The notes beneath the pieces are model-generated. The model was not told the origin of the DNA, ran no database searches, and saw only the letters and a list, made by a program, of their open reading frames with translations. DNA of 63,089 nt, counting the filler. It is 5 parts of 5 records of this genome, joined end to end, with 100 filler letters (N's around TTAATTAATTAA, not from the genome) between each part and the next. Parts side by side here need not be neighbours in the genome. Positions count along the whole stretch, not along the records: positions 23,786 to 33,248 come from SRR31156797_11018; positions 33,349 to 45,042 come from SRR31156797_11035; 3 more parts are not named here. One strand, 5' to 3'. Within the stretch, counting starts at the first letter, position 1, and each line of letters starts with the position of its first letter. The translations under genes were made by a program, and so were the position numbers. Of the stretch, positions 28,640 to 39,260 are shown piece after piece.

Positions 28640-30040
28640 TTATTCATCCGAAATCCTGTTTCCTATTTTTTTATGACGGTATCTATAGGTGTGAGGATTA
28701 AGGTTAAGCAATCTGGCTGCTTTTGTTTCGTTTCCTTCAGCCATTTTAAAAGATTCTTTGATATAAAATTGTTCCATGGCTTTTTCTAGACCCGGAAGGT
28801 CTATGCCGGCGGAGGGGATACACGGAAACCGGTATTCGTTGCTATGGGATTCCATCAAGAGTCCCATTTGGATTTCTTCCAGTCCTAAATCCTTAACCGT
28901 CAGTTTGGGCCCGGAGCTTGACAACACTGCCCGTTCTAAAAGATTTTTCAGTTCACGCACATTGCCAGACCAACTGTACTCCATCAAAGCTTTCTTGGCT
29001 TTGGCAGAGATCCCCGTAAATTTTTTGTTATATTTTTTACCATAATTATGCAGGAAATGCATGGTCAGCGGAATGATATCATCCTGTCTCTCATTAAGAG
29101 AAGGAATCTCAACTTTGGTGACACTTAGCCTGAAATAGAGGTCTTTTCGAAAAGACTGCTCGCAGATCATCTGGTCAAGATCTCTGTTTGTGGCAGAAAT
29201 AATTCTGGTTTTAACATGAACTTTTTCTGTTCCTCCTATTTTATAGAATTCTTTATCTTCGAGGAACCTGAGTAGCTTGGCCTGGGCTTCCAGGGTCAAA
29301 TCTCCTACTTCATCGAGAAAAAGAGTGCCGTTTGCGGCAGACTCTATCAATCCACGTTTTCCAGAAAGATTGGCACCACTGAATGCCCCCTTGCTATAGC
29401 CAAAGAGTTCACTCTCCACGAGATTTTGGGGAAGGGAGGCACAGTTCACCGTGACAAAAGGGCCTTTGAAATTGGGGCTTCTGTAATGAACGGAACTGGC
29501 GATAAGTTCTTTGCCGGTCCCGGTTTCCCCCAGGATAAGAACAGGGGCATCTGGACTTTTTGCCACCATCCCTACAAAATCCATGACATCGTGGATTGCC
29601 TGGCTTTTTCCGATAAAGCACGGCATATTTTCCTCGAGATATCGTTTCTGAAGTGCATGAACTTCCTTACGAAGACGTATGGTTTCAAGCGCGTTTGAAA
29701 TGTTTATCTCCAGGCTGTCCATCTGGATGGGCTTGGTGATGTAATCGTAAGCGCCTTTTTTCATTGCCGATATAACGGACTTGATGTCTTCATAGGCGGT
29801 GATCATGATCACAAGCACATCGGGATGGATTTCCTTGATTTTATGAAGCGCATCTATACCGCTCATGCCGGGCAACCCGATATCCATGAGCACCAAATCC
29901 GGTGGATCATCTACCATGGCCTCTATTGCCGTTTCCGCAGTGCCAAAAGATTCTATGGTATAATAATCCTTCAGGATCATTGTGATCCCTTTTCGAATTG
30001 TTTTTTCATCATCAACTATATAAATTTTATATGAAATCAT
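28640..30040 (-). CDS. Sigma-54-dependent response regulator (NtrC family)
   Basis: Receiver domain; GETGTGKE, ESELFG..KGAFSGA, LFLDEV, WSGNVREL; Fis-type HTH. Confidence 0.95.
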   Translation of the reverse strand: MISYKIYIVDDEKTIRKGITMILKDYYTIESFGTAETAIEAMVDDPPDLVLMDIGLPGMSGIDALHKIKEIHPDVLVIMITAYEDIKSVISAMKKGAYDYITKPIQMDSLEINISNALETIRLRKEVHALQKRYLEENMPCFIGKSQAIHDVMDFVGMVAKSPDAPVLILGETGTGKELIASSVHYRSPNFKGPFVTVNCASLPQNLVESELFGYSKGAFSGANLSGKRGLIESAANGTLFLDEVGDLTLEAQAKLLRFLEDKEFYKIGGTEKVHVKTRIISATNRDLDQMICEQSFRKDLYFRLSVTKVEIPSLNERQDDIIPLTMHFLHNYGKKYNKKFTGISAKAKKALMEYSWSGNVRELKNLLERAVLSSSGPKLTVKDLGLEEIQMGLLMESHSNEYRFPCIPSAGIDLPGLEKAMEQFYIKESFKMAEGNETKAARLLNLNPHTYRYRHKKIGNRISDE

Positions 30041-30079
30041 AGGTTTAATATCTTATTATTTGTATCGGCCAAGTTAGTA

Positions 30080-32677
30080 TCAAATAAAAACTTCCATCTG
30101 TTTTTGGAATATAGAATCCATGGTATCTTTTTTCTTGATTGGAAGTTCAATTTTGAATTCTGCACCACCCCGCTGATGGTTGCCAGCAACCAGGAGACCT
30201 CCATGGTCGGTTATAATTCTTTGGCAGATGCTCAATCCAATACCTGTGCTATTTGATTTTGAGGTTTGAAACGGTTCAAAAATACGATCCTCAATCTCCT
30301 GTGACAGCCCCGGACCTGAATCAGACACCGTTATTTTTATGGTATCATCCGTTGACGACGTAGCAATCTTTATCAACTTAAGTGTATCAATATCTTTAAT
30401 AGCATGCGCGGCATTATTGATCAAATTCAGGAGAACCTCTTCGATAAGCTGGGGGTCAACATAACATTTGGGTAAATTGGGGGTCAATACAGAATTTTTT
30501 ATGGTTATTCCATATTTTTCATATTTGATTGCACAAAAAGTTACAGCCTCTGCTATTGGTTTTCTTATGTCTATGAGAACAGGTTTCGGTTTAATCGGTT
30601 TTGAAAAATCCATGACACGACGTATTACAGATTCTATCTTGCCGGAAGCAGAGCGCAATTCTTCAATAATCTCCTGGATCTGCTCAGAATCTTTTGGCTT
30701 GTCGCGAATATTTTCCAGAGCGCTTATGTAAATATTGATACCGGACAGGGGATTACGAATTTCATGGGCAATTCCGGCTGCCACGTATCCCAGAGAAGCC
30801 ATCTTATCCTGAACATTCAAAAGATGTTCCAATTTTTTTATACTGGTGACGTCAATCACATTAACCATAACCGATTCAATGCCCTGATAATTTATGGTAT
30901 GGGTTCGGCAGTACATCCACTTTAGGTCTCTTTTTCCCATATTATTCTTTTTATCTAAATAAAACCTGAAGGCAATGTCCATTGCCTGGTTAGGGCCTGT
31001 GATGGTGGAATCATAATATTGATTGAATTTTTTGACATCGCCGGGATGAATAATTTCAATCCTTTTGTTCGCAAAGATACAATCCTGGGAGCCGATTATT
31101 TGTTCATATGCAGGATTTCGATAGACACACTTGTTTTTTTGAATGATGGTAATCCCTGAAAGGGAAAATTCAACAAGGTTCCTGAAGCGCTGTTCACTCG
31201 TTTTAAGGGCCTTTTCAGACTGTCTGCGATGCAGCAACCGCCACAAACCTTCTGACAATAGCTGGAGTTGACGGACATCGGATTCGTTATAATCATCCTT
31301 CTTATTGCCGACACCCCCAAGGGCTACAATTTTATCACCATAAAATATCGGAACGTTCATATAGCGAATAATTTTTGAACAGCCGTCGGGAATTCCTTTT
31401 TTGAAGGGATTAGATTCCTTGTAACAATTTGAAACCACAGGTTTTTGAACTCTGAGAGCATCACCCCACAACCCGATACTATCCAGAGGAAATCCTGTGG
31501 AATGATTATGATAAAGCTGATGATTTGCATATGAGATAACAGAGTCGAAAGTCTTTCCATTATCAAATGAAAACGAAAAAAACCCAAATCGGCTCTTTGT
31601 CAACCTGACAGCCTCTTTAAAGGCGTATTTAGTCACTTCATCCTTGGTGGCGTTCTGCATTTCATTCAGGTTCACCAGGGCCTCAAGGCGCATCTCATTA
31701 AACTGCAAATCTTCCGTACGCTGGTTGACTTTTATCTTTAATATTCTGTTCCATGCCAGAGTAAAGGCAGAAATCAATAATATTGCACAAAATGTGGAAG
31801 CCGCCGCGTACAAAAAAGTTTTATTATAATAAAATTTATTGGGTTCTATGCGAATCCATTTTTTGTAAATCGCTTTCCTCTGTTCCGGGGTAATCTGGGC
31901 TAACCCCTTTTCCATGATACTATGGAGCAGCGGCCAGTCTTTTCTTGTCGCAATCGATTGAGAAGATACGTGATCTGTAACCCCGGCTATACGGAGATTG
32001 GTGATCTTAGCCTTTTCTATAGCATGCAGGGTATATGGAAGAGATGAAATCATTGCATCTGCTTCCCTGAATGAAATCATGTTCAACCCGATCAATTCAT
32101 TCTGGATAGTGATGATGTTCAGATCAGGAAAATTTTTTTCCAGGTATTCGTTAACAGCATAATCTTCAGCAACAATGATTTTCATTCCCTGCATTTTGTC
32201 CAGGGTCAATTTTCTTTTCTCTGATTTATGTGAAATAATGGTATCAGGTAGATCTAAATAAGGTTTTGTAAAACGCATATATTTCGAACGGCTTTTGGTC
32301 TTCATGGCCGAAGCAAAAATATCAATTTCACGCTTTTTTGCCTTCTCGACAACCTCTGCCCAGGAGTTGACCAGAACCAGTTTGATTTTAAAATTTAGAT
32401 TGCGCTCAATGAGATGGATGTAATCTGCTGCTAACCCATGGTAGCGTCCTTGATCGTCTATGAACTCTATGGGTGCCCAGTGAGGTGTGGGCGCCATTCT
32501 TATTTTACCGTCATGGGCAGTAAGCCAGGCTCTCTCCTCTTTGGTCAGAGGATCTTCTGTTTTTAGACTGGTGTTGAAAAAAGAATGAAAAAAAATAACA
32601 GCTGAGACCACAATGAGAGTTGAGACCACAATTATTTTTTTTTTATCCAGAACTTTGCTCAGAAAATCGTTTATCAT
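30080..32677 (-). CDS. Sensor histidine kinase (periplasmic SBP-family-3, GAF, PAS, HisKA/HATPase)
   Basis: LTKEERAWL..H..IR..P.WAP.EF; GAF region MNVPI; AHEIRNPL; DSGPG; GIGLSI. Confidence 0.92.
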   Translation of the reverse strand: MINDFLSKVLDKKKIIVVSTLIVVSAVIFFHSFFNTSLKTEDPLTKEERAWLTAHDGKIRMAPTPHWAPIEFIDDQGRYHGLAADYIHLIERNLNFKIKLVLVNSWAEVVEKAKKREIDIFASAMKTKSRSKYMRFTKPYLDLPDTIISHKSEKRKLTLDKMQGMKIIVAEDYAVNEYLEKNFPDLNIITIQNELIGLNMISFREADAMISSLPYTLHAIEKAKITNLRIAGVTDHVSSQSIATRKDWPLLHSIMEKGLAQITPEQRKAIYKKWIRIEPNKFYYNKTFLYAAASTFCAILLISAFTLAWNRILKIKVNQRTEDLQFNEMRLEALVNLNEMQNATKDEVTKYAFKEAVRLTKSRFGFFSFSFDNGKTFDSVISYANHQLYHNHSTGFPLDSIGLWGDALRVQKPVVSNCYKESNPFKKGIPDGCSKIIRYMNVPIFYGDKIVALGGVGNKKDDYNESDVRQLQLLSEGLWRLLHRRQSEKALKTSEQRFRNLVEFSLSGITIIQKNKCVYRNPAYEQIIGSQDCIFANKRIEIIHPGDVKKFNQYYDSTITGPNQAMDIAFRFYLDKKNNMGKRDLKWMYCRTHTINYQGIESVMVNVIDVTSIKKLEHLLNVQDKMASLGYVAAGIAHEIRNPLSGINIYISALENIRDKPKDSEQIQEIIEELRSASGKIESVIRRVMDFSKPIKPKPVLIDIRKPIAEAVTFCAIKYEKYGITIKNSVLTPNLPKCYVDPQLIEEVLLNLINNAAHAIKDIDTLKLIKIATSSTDDTIKITVSDSGPGLSQEIEDRIFEPFQTSKSNSTGIGLSICQRIITDHGGLLVAGNHQRGGAEFKIELPIKKKDTMDSIFQKQMEVFI

Positions 32678-33007
32678 AAACTTTTGCCTAAAATTTAAGT
32701 TAGGAATGGTTACAAACTAACTTGATCTAAATTGTTAGCAAAACACTTTTAAAGAATCGGTGTTTTGAAAACAAAAAATCAAGTAATTGTGGCGCCGATC
32801 CTTGGTCAGCCAACATATGCATTTATTTAATCTGAATGTCAAGGGGTATAGCTCAGTAACACACCACACAGGGCCGGTGCATCTATATCTGGCATAACTT
32901 TTGATTTGATTTCAGACCCCGTACGCTATCAAAAATTACAGAGCAGAAAACGCACGGCAAATTTTCATTATTGGCAGCAGAAACAACAAGACATCAAAAA
33001 ATATGGG

Positions 33008-33039
33008 CCGGCTGGAAAACATAGGGGCCTTCCAGCCGG
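33008..33039 (-). terminator. Stem-loop after the methyltransferase gene
   Basis: CCGGCTGGAA...TTCCAGCCGG, 13 nt beyond the stop codon. Confidence 0.55.
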
Positions 33040-33052
33040 AATTTTAAAAAAA

Positions 33053-33248
33053 CTAACTTTCAATGGCGCCGGAACGGACACCCTTGAGGTAATTCATGCA
33101 GTACTGGTCTTTGCCGACGAGCATGTCGGCCGTGCGGATGGTGGCCATGATCTTCTTGTCAAGCGGATCAATGATGGCAGAATCCATGCCGGCATCCATC
33201 ATCAGGGTCACAAAGGTCCTATTGATGATGTGGCGCTGGGGCAGGCCG
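33053..33248 (-). CDS. Methyltetrahydrofolate:corrinoid methyltransferase (AcsE/MtgA-like), 3' fragment
   Basis: Manual translation GLPQRHIINRTFVTLMMDAGMDSAIIDPLDKKIMATIRTADMLVGKDQYCMNYLKGVRSGAIES*. Confidence 0.85.
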
Positions 33249-33348
33249 NNNNNNNNNNNNNNNNNNNNNNNNNNNNNNNNNNNNNNNNNNNNTTAATTAA
33301 TTAANNNNNNNNNNNNNNNNNNNNNNNNNNNNNNNNNNNNNNNNNNNN
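33249..33348. other. Artificial contig linker
   Basis: N44-TTAATTAATTAA-N44. Confidence 0.98.
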
Positions 33349-33586
33349 AGATAAATTTTTAAATGCAGTAAATATAACCAAAAGAAGAGCCGTAGCAGAA
33401 GATATGTTGGCTCATAAGGTTGTGTTTATTGGTGGTGTTGCTGTGAAAAAGGCAAAAGAGGTAAAAGTTGGGGATATCATAGAGATCCGTTATTTAGAAT
33501 ATACAGATAGATTTGAGGTATTACAGATACCACGAACAAAATCAACTCCTAAATCAGCTCAATCAGAATATGTAAAAAAACTTTAA
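33349..33586 (+). CDS. S4-domain RNA-binding protein (HslR/YabO-like), 5' truncated
   Basis: Frame is open upstream of the track start: DKFLNAVNITKRRAVAEDM...KAKEVKVGDII. Confidence 0.85.
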
Positions 33587-33606
33587 AAGATACAAAGGAA
33601 AGAGAT

Positions 33607-34587
33607 ATGTTTAATAAAGCACGATTAAAATTTGATGATATATTTGAAAATAGAGTACCTGAAAAAGAGGTAAGAGAATATTTAATTGAGTTATATGAAA
33701 AAGGGGAAAGTGCAGGGGAGATTGCTGCAGCTGCAGCTGCTATGAGAGATCATATGATACCTTTGAATGTGGAGCAGTCTTTACAAGAGGAGCTGATAGA
33801 TAACTGTGGAACAGGGGGAGATAAAAGTAATAGCTTTAATATCTCTACTACAGTGTCTATTGTACTTGCAGCGTGTGGATGTAAAGTAGCAAAACATGGA
33901 AATAGAAGTATCACTAGTAATAGTGGAAGTGCTGATATGCTTGAATCTTTAGGGGTAAATCTTACCCTTACGATCCAAAAACAAATAGAGATGTTAAAAC
34001 AAACTGGTTTTGTATTTATGTTTGCTATCAATCATCATCCTGCTATGAAACATATCATGCCTATCAGAAAGTCTATTGATCATCGAACTATTTTTAATAT
34101 CCTTGGACCTTTATCAAACCCAGCAAGTGTACATAAGCAACTTATTGGAGTATTTTCAAAAGAGTATGTTCCAAAAATTGCTGGAGCATTAACTCAGCTC
34201 AATACAAAAAGAGCGATGGTAGTAAGTTCAGCTGATGGGATGGATGAGATTAGTATCAGTGATGTGACCTATTGTGCTTTTGTAGATAGAGGAAGTTTCA
34301 ATGAGTTTATTCTTGATCCTAGAGAGTATGGGTTTGATCTATCTCCTAAATCAGAGATTGAGGGTGGCGATGCTAAAGAAAACTCAATGATCACTAAAGG
34401 GATCTTAGATGGTTCTATCAAAGGAGCAAAAAGAGATATAGTCCTTTTAAATGTAGCTGTAGCACTTCTTGTGGATCAAAAGGTAAACTCTACTGAAGAG
34501 GGGATCGAGATGGCTAAAGAGGTTATTGATAGTGGAAAAGCTCTTGCTAAACTTGAAGAGATCGTTAAAGTGAGTAATGAACTATAA
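33607..34587 (+). CDS. trpD: Anthranilate phosphoribosyltransferase
   Basis: DNCGTGGD, FNIST, KHGNRS..S.SGSAD, RTIFNILGPL. Confidence 0.97.
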   Translation: MFNKARLKFDDIFENRVPEKEVREYLIELYEKGESAGEIAAAAAAMRDHMIPLNVEQSLQEELIDNCGTGGDKSNSFNISTTVSIVLAACGCKVAKHGNRSITSNSGSADMLESLGVNLTLTIQKQIEMLKQTGFVFMFAINHHPAMKHIMPIRKSIDHRTIFNILGPLSNPASVHKQLIGVFSKEYVPKIAGALTQLNTKRAMVVSSADGMDEISISDVTYCAFVDRGSFNEFILDPREYGFDLSPKSEIEGGDAKENSMITKGILDGSIKGAKRDIVLLNVAVALLVDQKVNSTEEGIEMAKEVIDSGKALAKLEEIVKVSNEL

Positions 34588-34590
34588 AAT

Positions 34591-34995
34591 ATGGAATATA
34601 GTTTAGATGATTTAGACTTATTTGTAGAGAACTTAAAAGAAAAACTAGATAATAGAGATATTGTAGTTTTACTTCAAGGAGATCTTGCAAGTGGAAAAAC
34701 TACTTTGGTAAAAAATTATGTAAAGAGTCTAGGATTAGAAGATACAGTGACTAGTCCAACCTTTTCTGTTCAATCTATCTATGGCGATAATATCTATCAC
34801 TATGATATCTATAATAAAGAGCTTGAAAACTTTATAGCTTCAGGGTTACTTGAAGAGTTTGAAAAGTCTGGGATCCATTTTGTAGAGTGGGGAGATGAAA
34901 GATTGGAGCAGATTTTAAAAGAGTATGGCTTTGAATATCTGATCATACAAATAGAAAAAAAAGAAAATAGTAGGGAATATATCATTGGATCATAA
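34591..34995 (+). CDS. tsaE: tRNA threonylcarbamoyladenosine biosynthesis ATPase
   Basis: [23 protein letters not shown]. Confidence 0.95.
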   Translation: MEYSLDDLDLFVENLKEKLDNRDIVVLLQGDLASGKTTLVKNYVKSLGLEDTVTSPTFSVQSIYGDNIYHYDIYNKELENFIASGLLEEFEKSGIHFVEWGDERLEQILKEYGFEYLIIQIEKKENSREYIIGS

Positions 34996-35710
34996 AATAA
35001 AAGTTGAATCTATTTCAAAAAATATTAAAAAAACAAAGATTTTACACGATATCTCTTTGGAGATTGCAAGTGGTGAAACGGTAGGGCTTTTAGGTCCTAA
35101 TGGAGCAGGAAAAACCACAAGTTTTTATATTATTTGTGGTCTTATTAAACCAACTACAGGAAATATCTTTTTTGATGGCTCAGATATTACCCATCTTCCT
35201 TTACATAAACGAGCTCTTAGAGGAATAGGGTATCTTCCTCAAGAGTCTTCTATCTTTAAAGATCTTACAGTTGAAGAGAACCTTATGCTTGCAGCTGAAG
35301 TTTCTATTGATGATAAAAAGCAAAGATGGGAAAAAATCGAAGAGCTTTTAGAGATCTTTAATATTGAGCCTATTCGTCATAGAAAGGGACTTAGTCTAAG
35401 TGGAGGGGAGAGAAGAAGATCTGAGATTGCAAGAGCTTTAGTATCAAGTCCACGATTTTTATTACTTGATGAGCCTTTTGCTGGAGTTGATCCAATTGCA
35501 GTAAAAGATATTCAAAATATTATCAAACAGCTTACAAGTGTAGGAATAGGGGTTTTGATAACCGATCATAATGTAAGAGAGACTTTACAAATCTGTGATA
35601 GGGCATATGTAATGAAAGCAGGTGAAGTCTTAGCAAGTGGAACAGCTGAGCAGATCAAAGAGAATGAAACAGTGCGAGAGCACTATCTTGGGAAAGACTT
35701 TTCTTTTTAA
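34985..35710 (+). CDS. lptB: LPS export ABC ATPase
   Basis: [48 protein letters not shown]. Confidence 0.96.
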   Translation: MDHKIKVESISKNIKKTKILHDISLEIASGETVGLLGPNGAGKTTSFYIICGLIKPTTGNIFFDGSDITHLPLHKRALRGIGYLPQESSIFKDLTVEENLMLAAEVSIDDKKQRWEKIEELLEIFNIEPIRHRKGLSLSGGERRRSEIARALVSSPRFLLLDEPFAGVDPIAVKDIQNIIKQLTSVGIGVLITDHNVRETLQICDRAYVMKAGEVLASGTAEQIKENETVREHYLGKDFSF

Positions 35711-35716
35711 AGTTTT

Positions 35717-35738
35717 TCTCTATCCTTTTGGATAGAGA
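35717..35738. terminator. Hairpin between convergent lptB and mdh
   Basis: TCTCTATCC-TTTT-GGATAGAGA. Confidence 0.6.
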
Positions 35739-35744
35739 GTTGGA

Positions 35745-36698
35745 TTATTTTGTATAAAATCCGTTTGAATAGAGTGCATCGATAAGTTGTTTGACACTTC
35801 CTACTGATTTTGCAAATTTTCTATCTTGATCATCATTTAGATTTGCTTCAATCACCTTTTCAGCTCCATTTGCACCAAGCATAACAGGAACACCACTCAC
35901 CACATCTCTATATCCATATTCACCTTTAAGCATCACTGCACATGGATAGATCTGTTTTGTATCACTAAGAATCGCTTCAACCATAAGTGCAGCTGCTTTT
36001 GCAGGAGCATAATAAGCACTTCCGTCTTTTAAAAGACCTACGATCTCTGCTCCACCTTTTTTTGTTCTCTCAACAATCGCATCGATCTCATCCCATGTAA
36101 GAAGATCTGTTAAAGGAACCCCAGCAACTGTTGAGAATCTTGGAAGTGGCACCATGTCATCTCCATGACCACCCATAACAGAACATCTAATCTGACCAGA
36201 ACCATATCCAAGCTGTTCATATACAAAGTGTGCCATTCTAGCACTATCTAAGATACCTGCCATCCCAACTACTCTATTTCTATCCCAACCTGTTTCTTTT
36301 AATGCTACATAAACCATCGCATCAAGAGGGTTTGATACTGGCACGATGATCGCATCAGGTGAGTATTTTTGAACATCTTCCATTACTCTTTTCATAATCT
36401 GTGCATTTTTTACTAAAAGATCATCTCTACTCATTCCTGGAAGTCTTGGGCTTCCTGCTGTGATCACGATAACATCACAGTCTTTGATATCAGAAGGCTC
36501 TTGAGCATGTTTTACTACAGTATGCATTCTTGCTGCTTGTACTGCTTGTGACATATCTAAAGCGATACCTTTTGCTTTATCTGGGTTACTACTTGATCGT
36601 AGTATCACTTCATGACAAGAACCACTCATTGCTAAAATATAAGCACATGTTGAACCAACATTTCCAACACCTACGATACCAACTCTTTTACCTCTCAT
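35745..36698 (-). CDS. mdh: Malate dehydrogenase (LDH-like)
   Basis: GVGNVG, AGSPRLPGMSRDDL, NPLD, LDSAR, GGHGD, GSAYYAP. Confidence 0.96.
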   Translation of the reverse strand: MRGKRVGIVGVGNVGSTCAYILAMSGSCHEVILRSSSNPDKAKGIALDMSQAVQAARMHTVVKHAQEPSDIKDCDVIVITAGSPRLPGMSRDDLLVKNAQIMKRVMEDVQKYSPDAIIVPVSNPLDAMVYVALKETGWDRNRVVGMAGILDSARMAHFVYEQLGYGSGQIRCSVMGGHGDDMVPLPRFSTVAGVPLTDLLTWDEIDAIVERTKKGGAEIVGLLKDGSAYYAPAKAAALMVEAILSDTKQIYPCAVMLKGEYGYRDVVSGVPVMLGANGAEKVIEANLNDDQDRKFAKSVGSVKQLIDALYSNGFYTK

Positions 36699-36930
36699 GT
36701 AAACTCTCCTTTGTCTTAGTCAATTCTATGGTGTTAAATTAGTTAAGTGCTAATATAAAGATTGGAGTTCAACGTTTATATGAACACTTTTAGTACTTAT
36801 ACAATTTAACACACAAGAAATTATCAGATTATTATATTCTATAACCAATTAAAGATCGGATTATATTAATCCAATCTTTAAAAGAATTACGTTTTAGTTA
36901 CAAGAGGTAATATTTTACCTCTATGTATTG

Positions 36931-39105
36931 TTAGATACTATCAATAATGCTATTTAATGTAGCTGATGGTCTCATAGCTTTTTCAGCTAGCTCATCATTT
37001 GGATGGAAGTATCCACCAACATTTTGAGGTTTTCCCTCAACTGCTAGTAACTCTTCGATGATTTTTGCTTCATTTTCAGTTAAAGCTTTTGCTACAGGAG
37101 CAAATTTAGCAGAAAGTTCTGCATTGTCACTATCAGCTAATGCTTGTGCCCAGTATTGTGCTACATAGAAGTGTGAAGCTTTATTATCTGGCTCTCCACA
37201 TTTTCTAGACGGTGCTTTATTGTTTGATAAATACCCATCATTTGCAGCATCAAGTGCAGCAGTAACAGCAGCTAATTTATCAGAGTTATGTTTTTGAGCA
37301 ATAAATCTTAAAGACTCAGCTAGTGCTAAGAACTCACCTAATGAATCCCATCTTAAGTGACCCTCTTCTAAGAATTGATCAACATGCTTAGGAGCAGATC
37401 CACCAGCACCAGTCTCATATAATCCACCACCAGCGATTAATGGAACGATAGAAAGCATTTTAGCTGAAGTTCCAAGCTCTAAGATTGGATACATATCTGT
37501 TAAGTGATCTCTAAGTACGTTACCAGTTACAGCGATAGTAGTTTCACCTTTTCTAACTCTTGCGTTTGTGAATCTCGTAGCATCAGTTACATTCATAAAT
37601 TGAATATCTAAACCAGCTGTATCATGATCAGCTAAATAAGTATTTACTTTTTTGATAAGTTCAGCATCATGAGCTCTATTTTCATCTAGCCAGAATACTG
37701 CAGGAACACCCTCAATTCTAGTTCTCTCAACTGTTAATCTTACCCAGTCTCTGATTGGAATATCTTTAGTTCTAGCCATTCTCCAGATATCACCAGCTTC
37801 ACACTCAAAGCTCATCATCTCACCATCAACTGAACCAGTTACTGTAACAGTACCAGCTTCAGCAAGTTCAAATGTAGTAGGGTGTGAACCATACTCTTCA
37901 GCTTTTTGAGCCATAAGACCGATATTTTGCATTGTACCCATAGTAGTTACATCATATTGACCGTTCGCTTTGATATCTTCTAGCATCTCTTCGTGGAACA
38001 TTGCATAAGTAGAATCTGGAATAACAGCAACAGTTTGATCAGCTGCGTCTGTTCTATCCCATTGTTTACCACCTTCTCTAATAACTACAGGCATAGATGC
38101 ATCAATAATGATGTCATTTGAAGCATTAAAGTTTGTTTGACCTTTTCTAGAATCAACCATAGCGATTCTTGGAGCATCAGCTCCAACTACTGCTTGGAAT
38201 GCAGCTTTGATTTCAGCTTCTTGTGCGTGACCTGCAATTTTCTTTTCAAGATCACTCATACCAAGGTTTGGATTTACACCAACTTCTTTAAATACATCTG
38301 CATATTTAGCAAATACATCTTCAAAAAAGATTTCAAAACCATGACCAAACATAATAGGATCAGAGATCTTCATCATTGTTGCTTTTAAGTGTAAAGACCA
38401 AATAAGACCTTTCACTTTTGCATCTTCAATTGTTTGTTTGTAGAATGCTCTTAAAGCAGATACTGACATAAATGTACCATCAAGTACTTCACCAGCAAGT
38501 GCATCGATTGAAGTTAACTCTTTACCATTTAATGCGATAGTAACTTTTTGATCCGCTGTTGAAGTTACAGATTTTTCATTTGCATAGAAGTCACCTTTTC
38601 CACCCATGTGTGCTACATATGCTTGACAGTTGTCATCAACTGGCTTTAATCTATGAGGGTTGTTTTGAGCAAATTTTTTAACTGCTTTTGCTGCACGTCT
38701 GTCTGAGTTTCCTTCTCTAAGTACTGGATTAACTGCAGATCCTAAACATGCACCATATTTAGTTTGAATAGCTTTTTCTTCATCATTTGCTGGATTTTCT
38801 GGGTAGTTAGGGATATCATACCCTTGCCCTTGAAGTTCAGCGATACAGTCTTTTAATTGACCAACTGAAGCAGAGATATTTGGAAGTTTAATAATATTTC
38901 CATCTTCTTGTAATACCACTTCACCTAACTTTGATAGATTATCTTCTGCTAGACCCATAGCCGCTAAAACTCTACCTGCTAAAGAGATATCAGAAGTTAC
39001 CACTTCTACACCTGCTTCTTTTGTAAAAGCATTTACGATTGGTAATAAAGAGTATGTTGCTAAAGCCGGAGCTTCGTCAATTTTTGACCAAATGATTTTT
39101 GCCAT
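36931..39105 (-). CDS. icd: Monomeric NADP-dependent isocitrate dehydrogenase
   Basis: DEAPALAT, IIKLPNISAS, GSAVNPVLREGNSDRR, HLKATMMK.SDP, ETGAGGSAPKH. Confidence 0.98.
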   Translation of the reverse strand: MAKIIWSKIDEAPALATYSLLPIVNAFTKEAGVEVVTSDISLAGRVLAAMGLAEDNLSKLGEVVLQEDGNIIKLPNISASVGQLKDCIAELQGQGYDIPNYPENPANDEEKAIQTKYGACLGSAVNPVLREGNSDRRAAKAVKKFAQNNPHRLKPVDDNCQAYVAHMGGKGDFYANEKSVTSTADQKVTIALNGKELTSIDALAGEVLDGTFMSVSALRAFYKQTIEDAKVKGLIWSLHLKATMMKISDPIMFGHGFEIFFEDVFAKYADVFKEVGVNPNLGMSDLEKKIAGHAQEAEIKAAFQAVVGADAPRIAMVDSRKGQTNFNASNDIIIDASMPVVIREGGKQWDRTDAADQTVAVIPDSTYAMFHEEMLEDIKANGQYDVTTMGTMQNIGLMAQKAEEYGSHPTTFELAEAGTVTVTGSVDGEMMSFECEAGDIWRMARTKDIPIRDWVRLTVERTRIEGVPAVFWLDENRAHDAELIKKVNTYLADHDTAGLDIQFMNVTDATRFTNARVRKGETTIAVTGNVLRDHLTDMYPILELGTSAKMLSIVPLIAGGGLYETGAGGSAPKHVDQFLEEGHLRWDSLGEFLALAESLRFIAQKHNSDKLAAVTAALDAANDGYLSNNKAPSRKCGEPDNKASHFYVAQYWAQALADSDNAELSAKFAPVAKALTENEAKIIEELLAVEGKPQNVGGYFHPNDELAEKAMRPSATLNSIIDSI

Positions 39106-39260
39106 AATTTATCCTTGTGTATTTTTGAATTAATTTGTAAAATAGATTGTAGCAAGAGATTGTTGTATTCAAAATAATTTTGGGTAAAAATAGTTTATGA
39201 ATTGTTCTAGTGTTACAATAATACACATTGTGTAATTATAGTGATACTTTTAGTAACGTT

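Noticed and set aside
32890-32906. TGGCAT-N5-TTGA, sigma-54-like site
   Set aside because: The -12 GC is absent and it points at the 3' end of a convergent gene
32906-33304. Plus-strand ORFs running into the linker
   Set aside because: Antisense to the real methyltransferase fragment; they end only at linker stops
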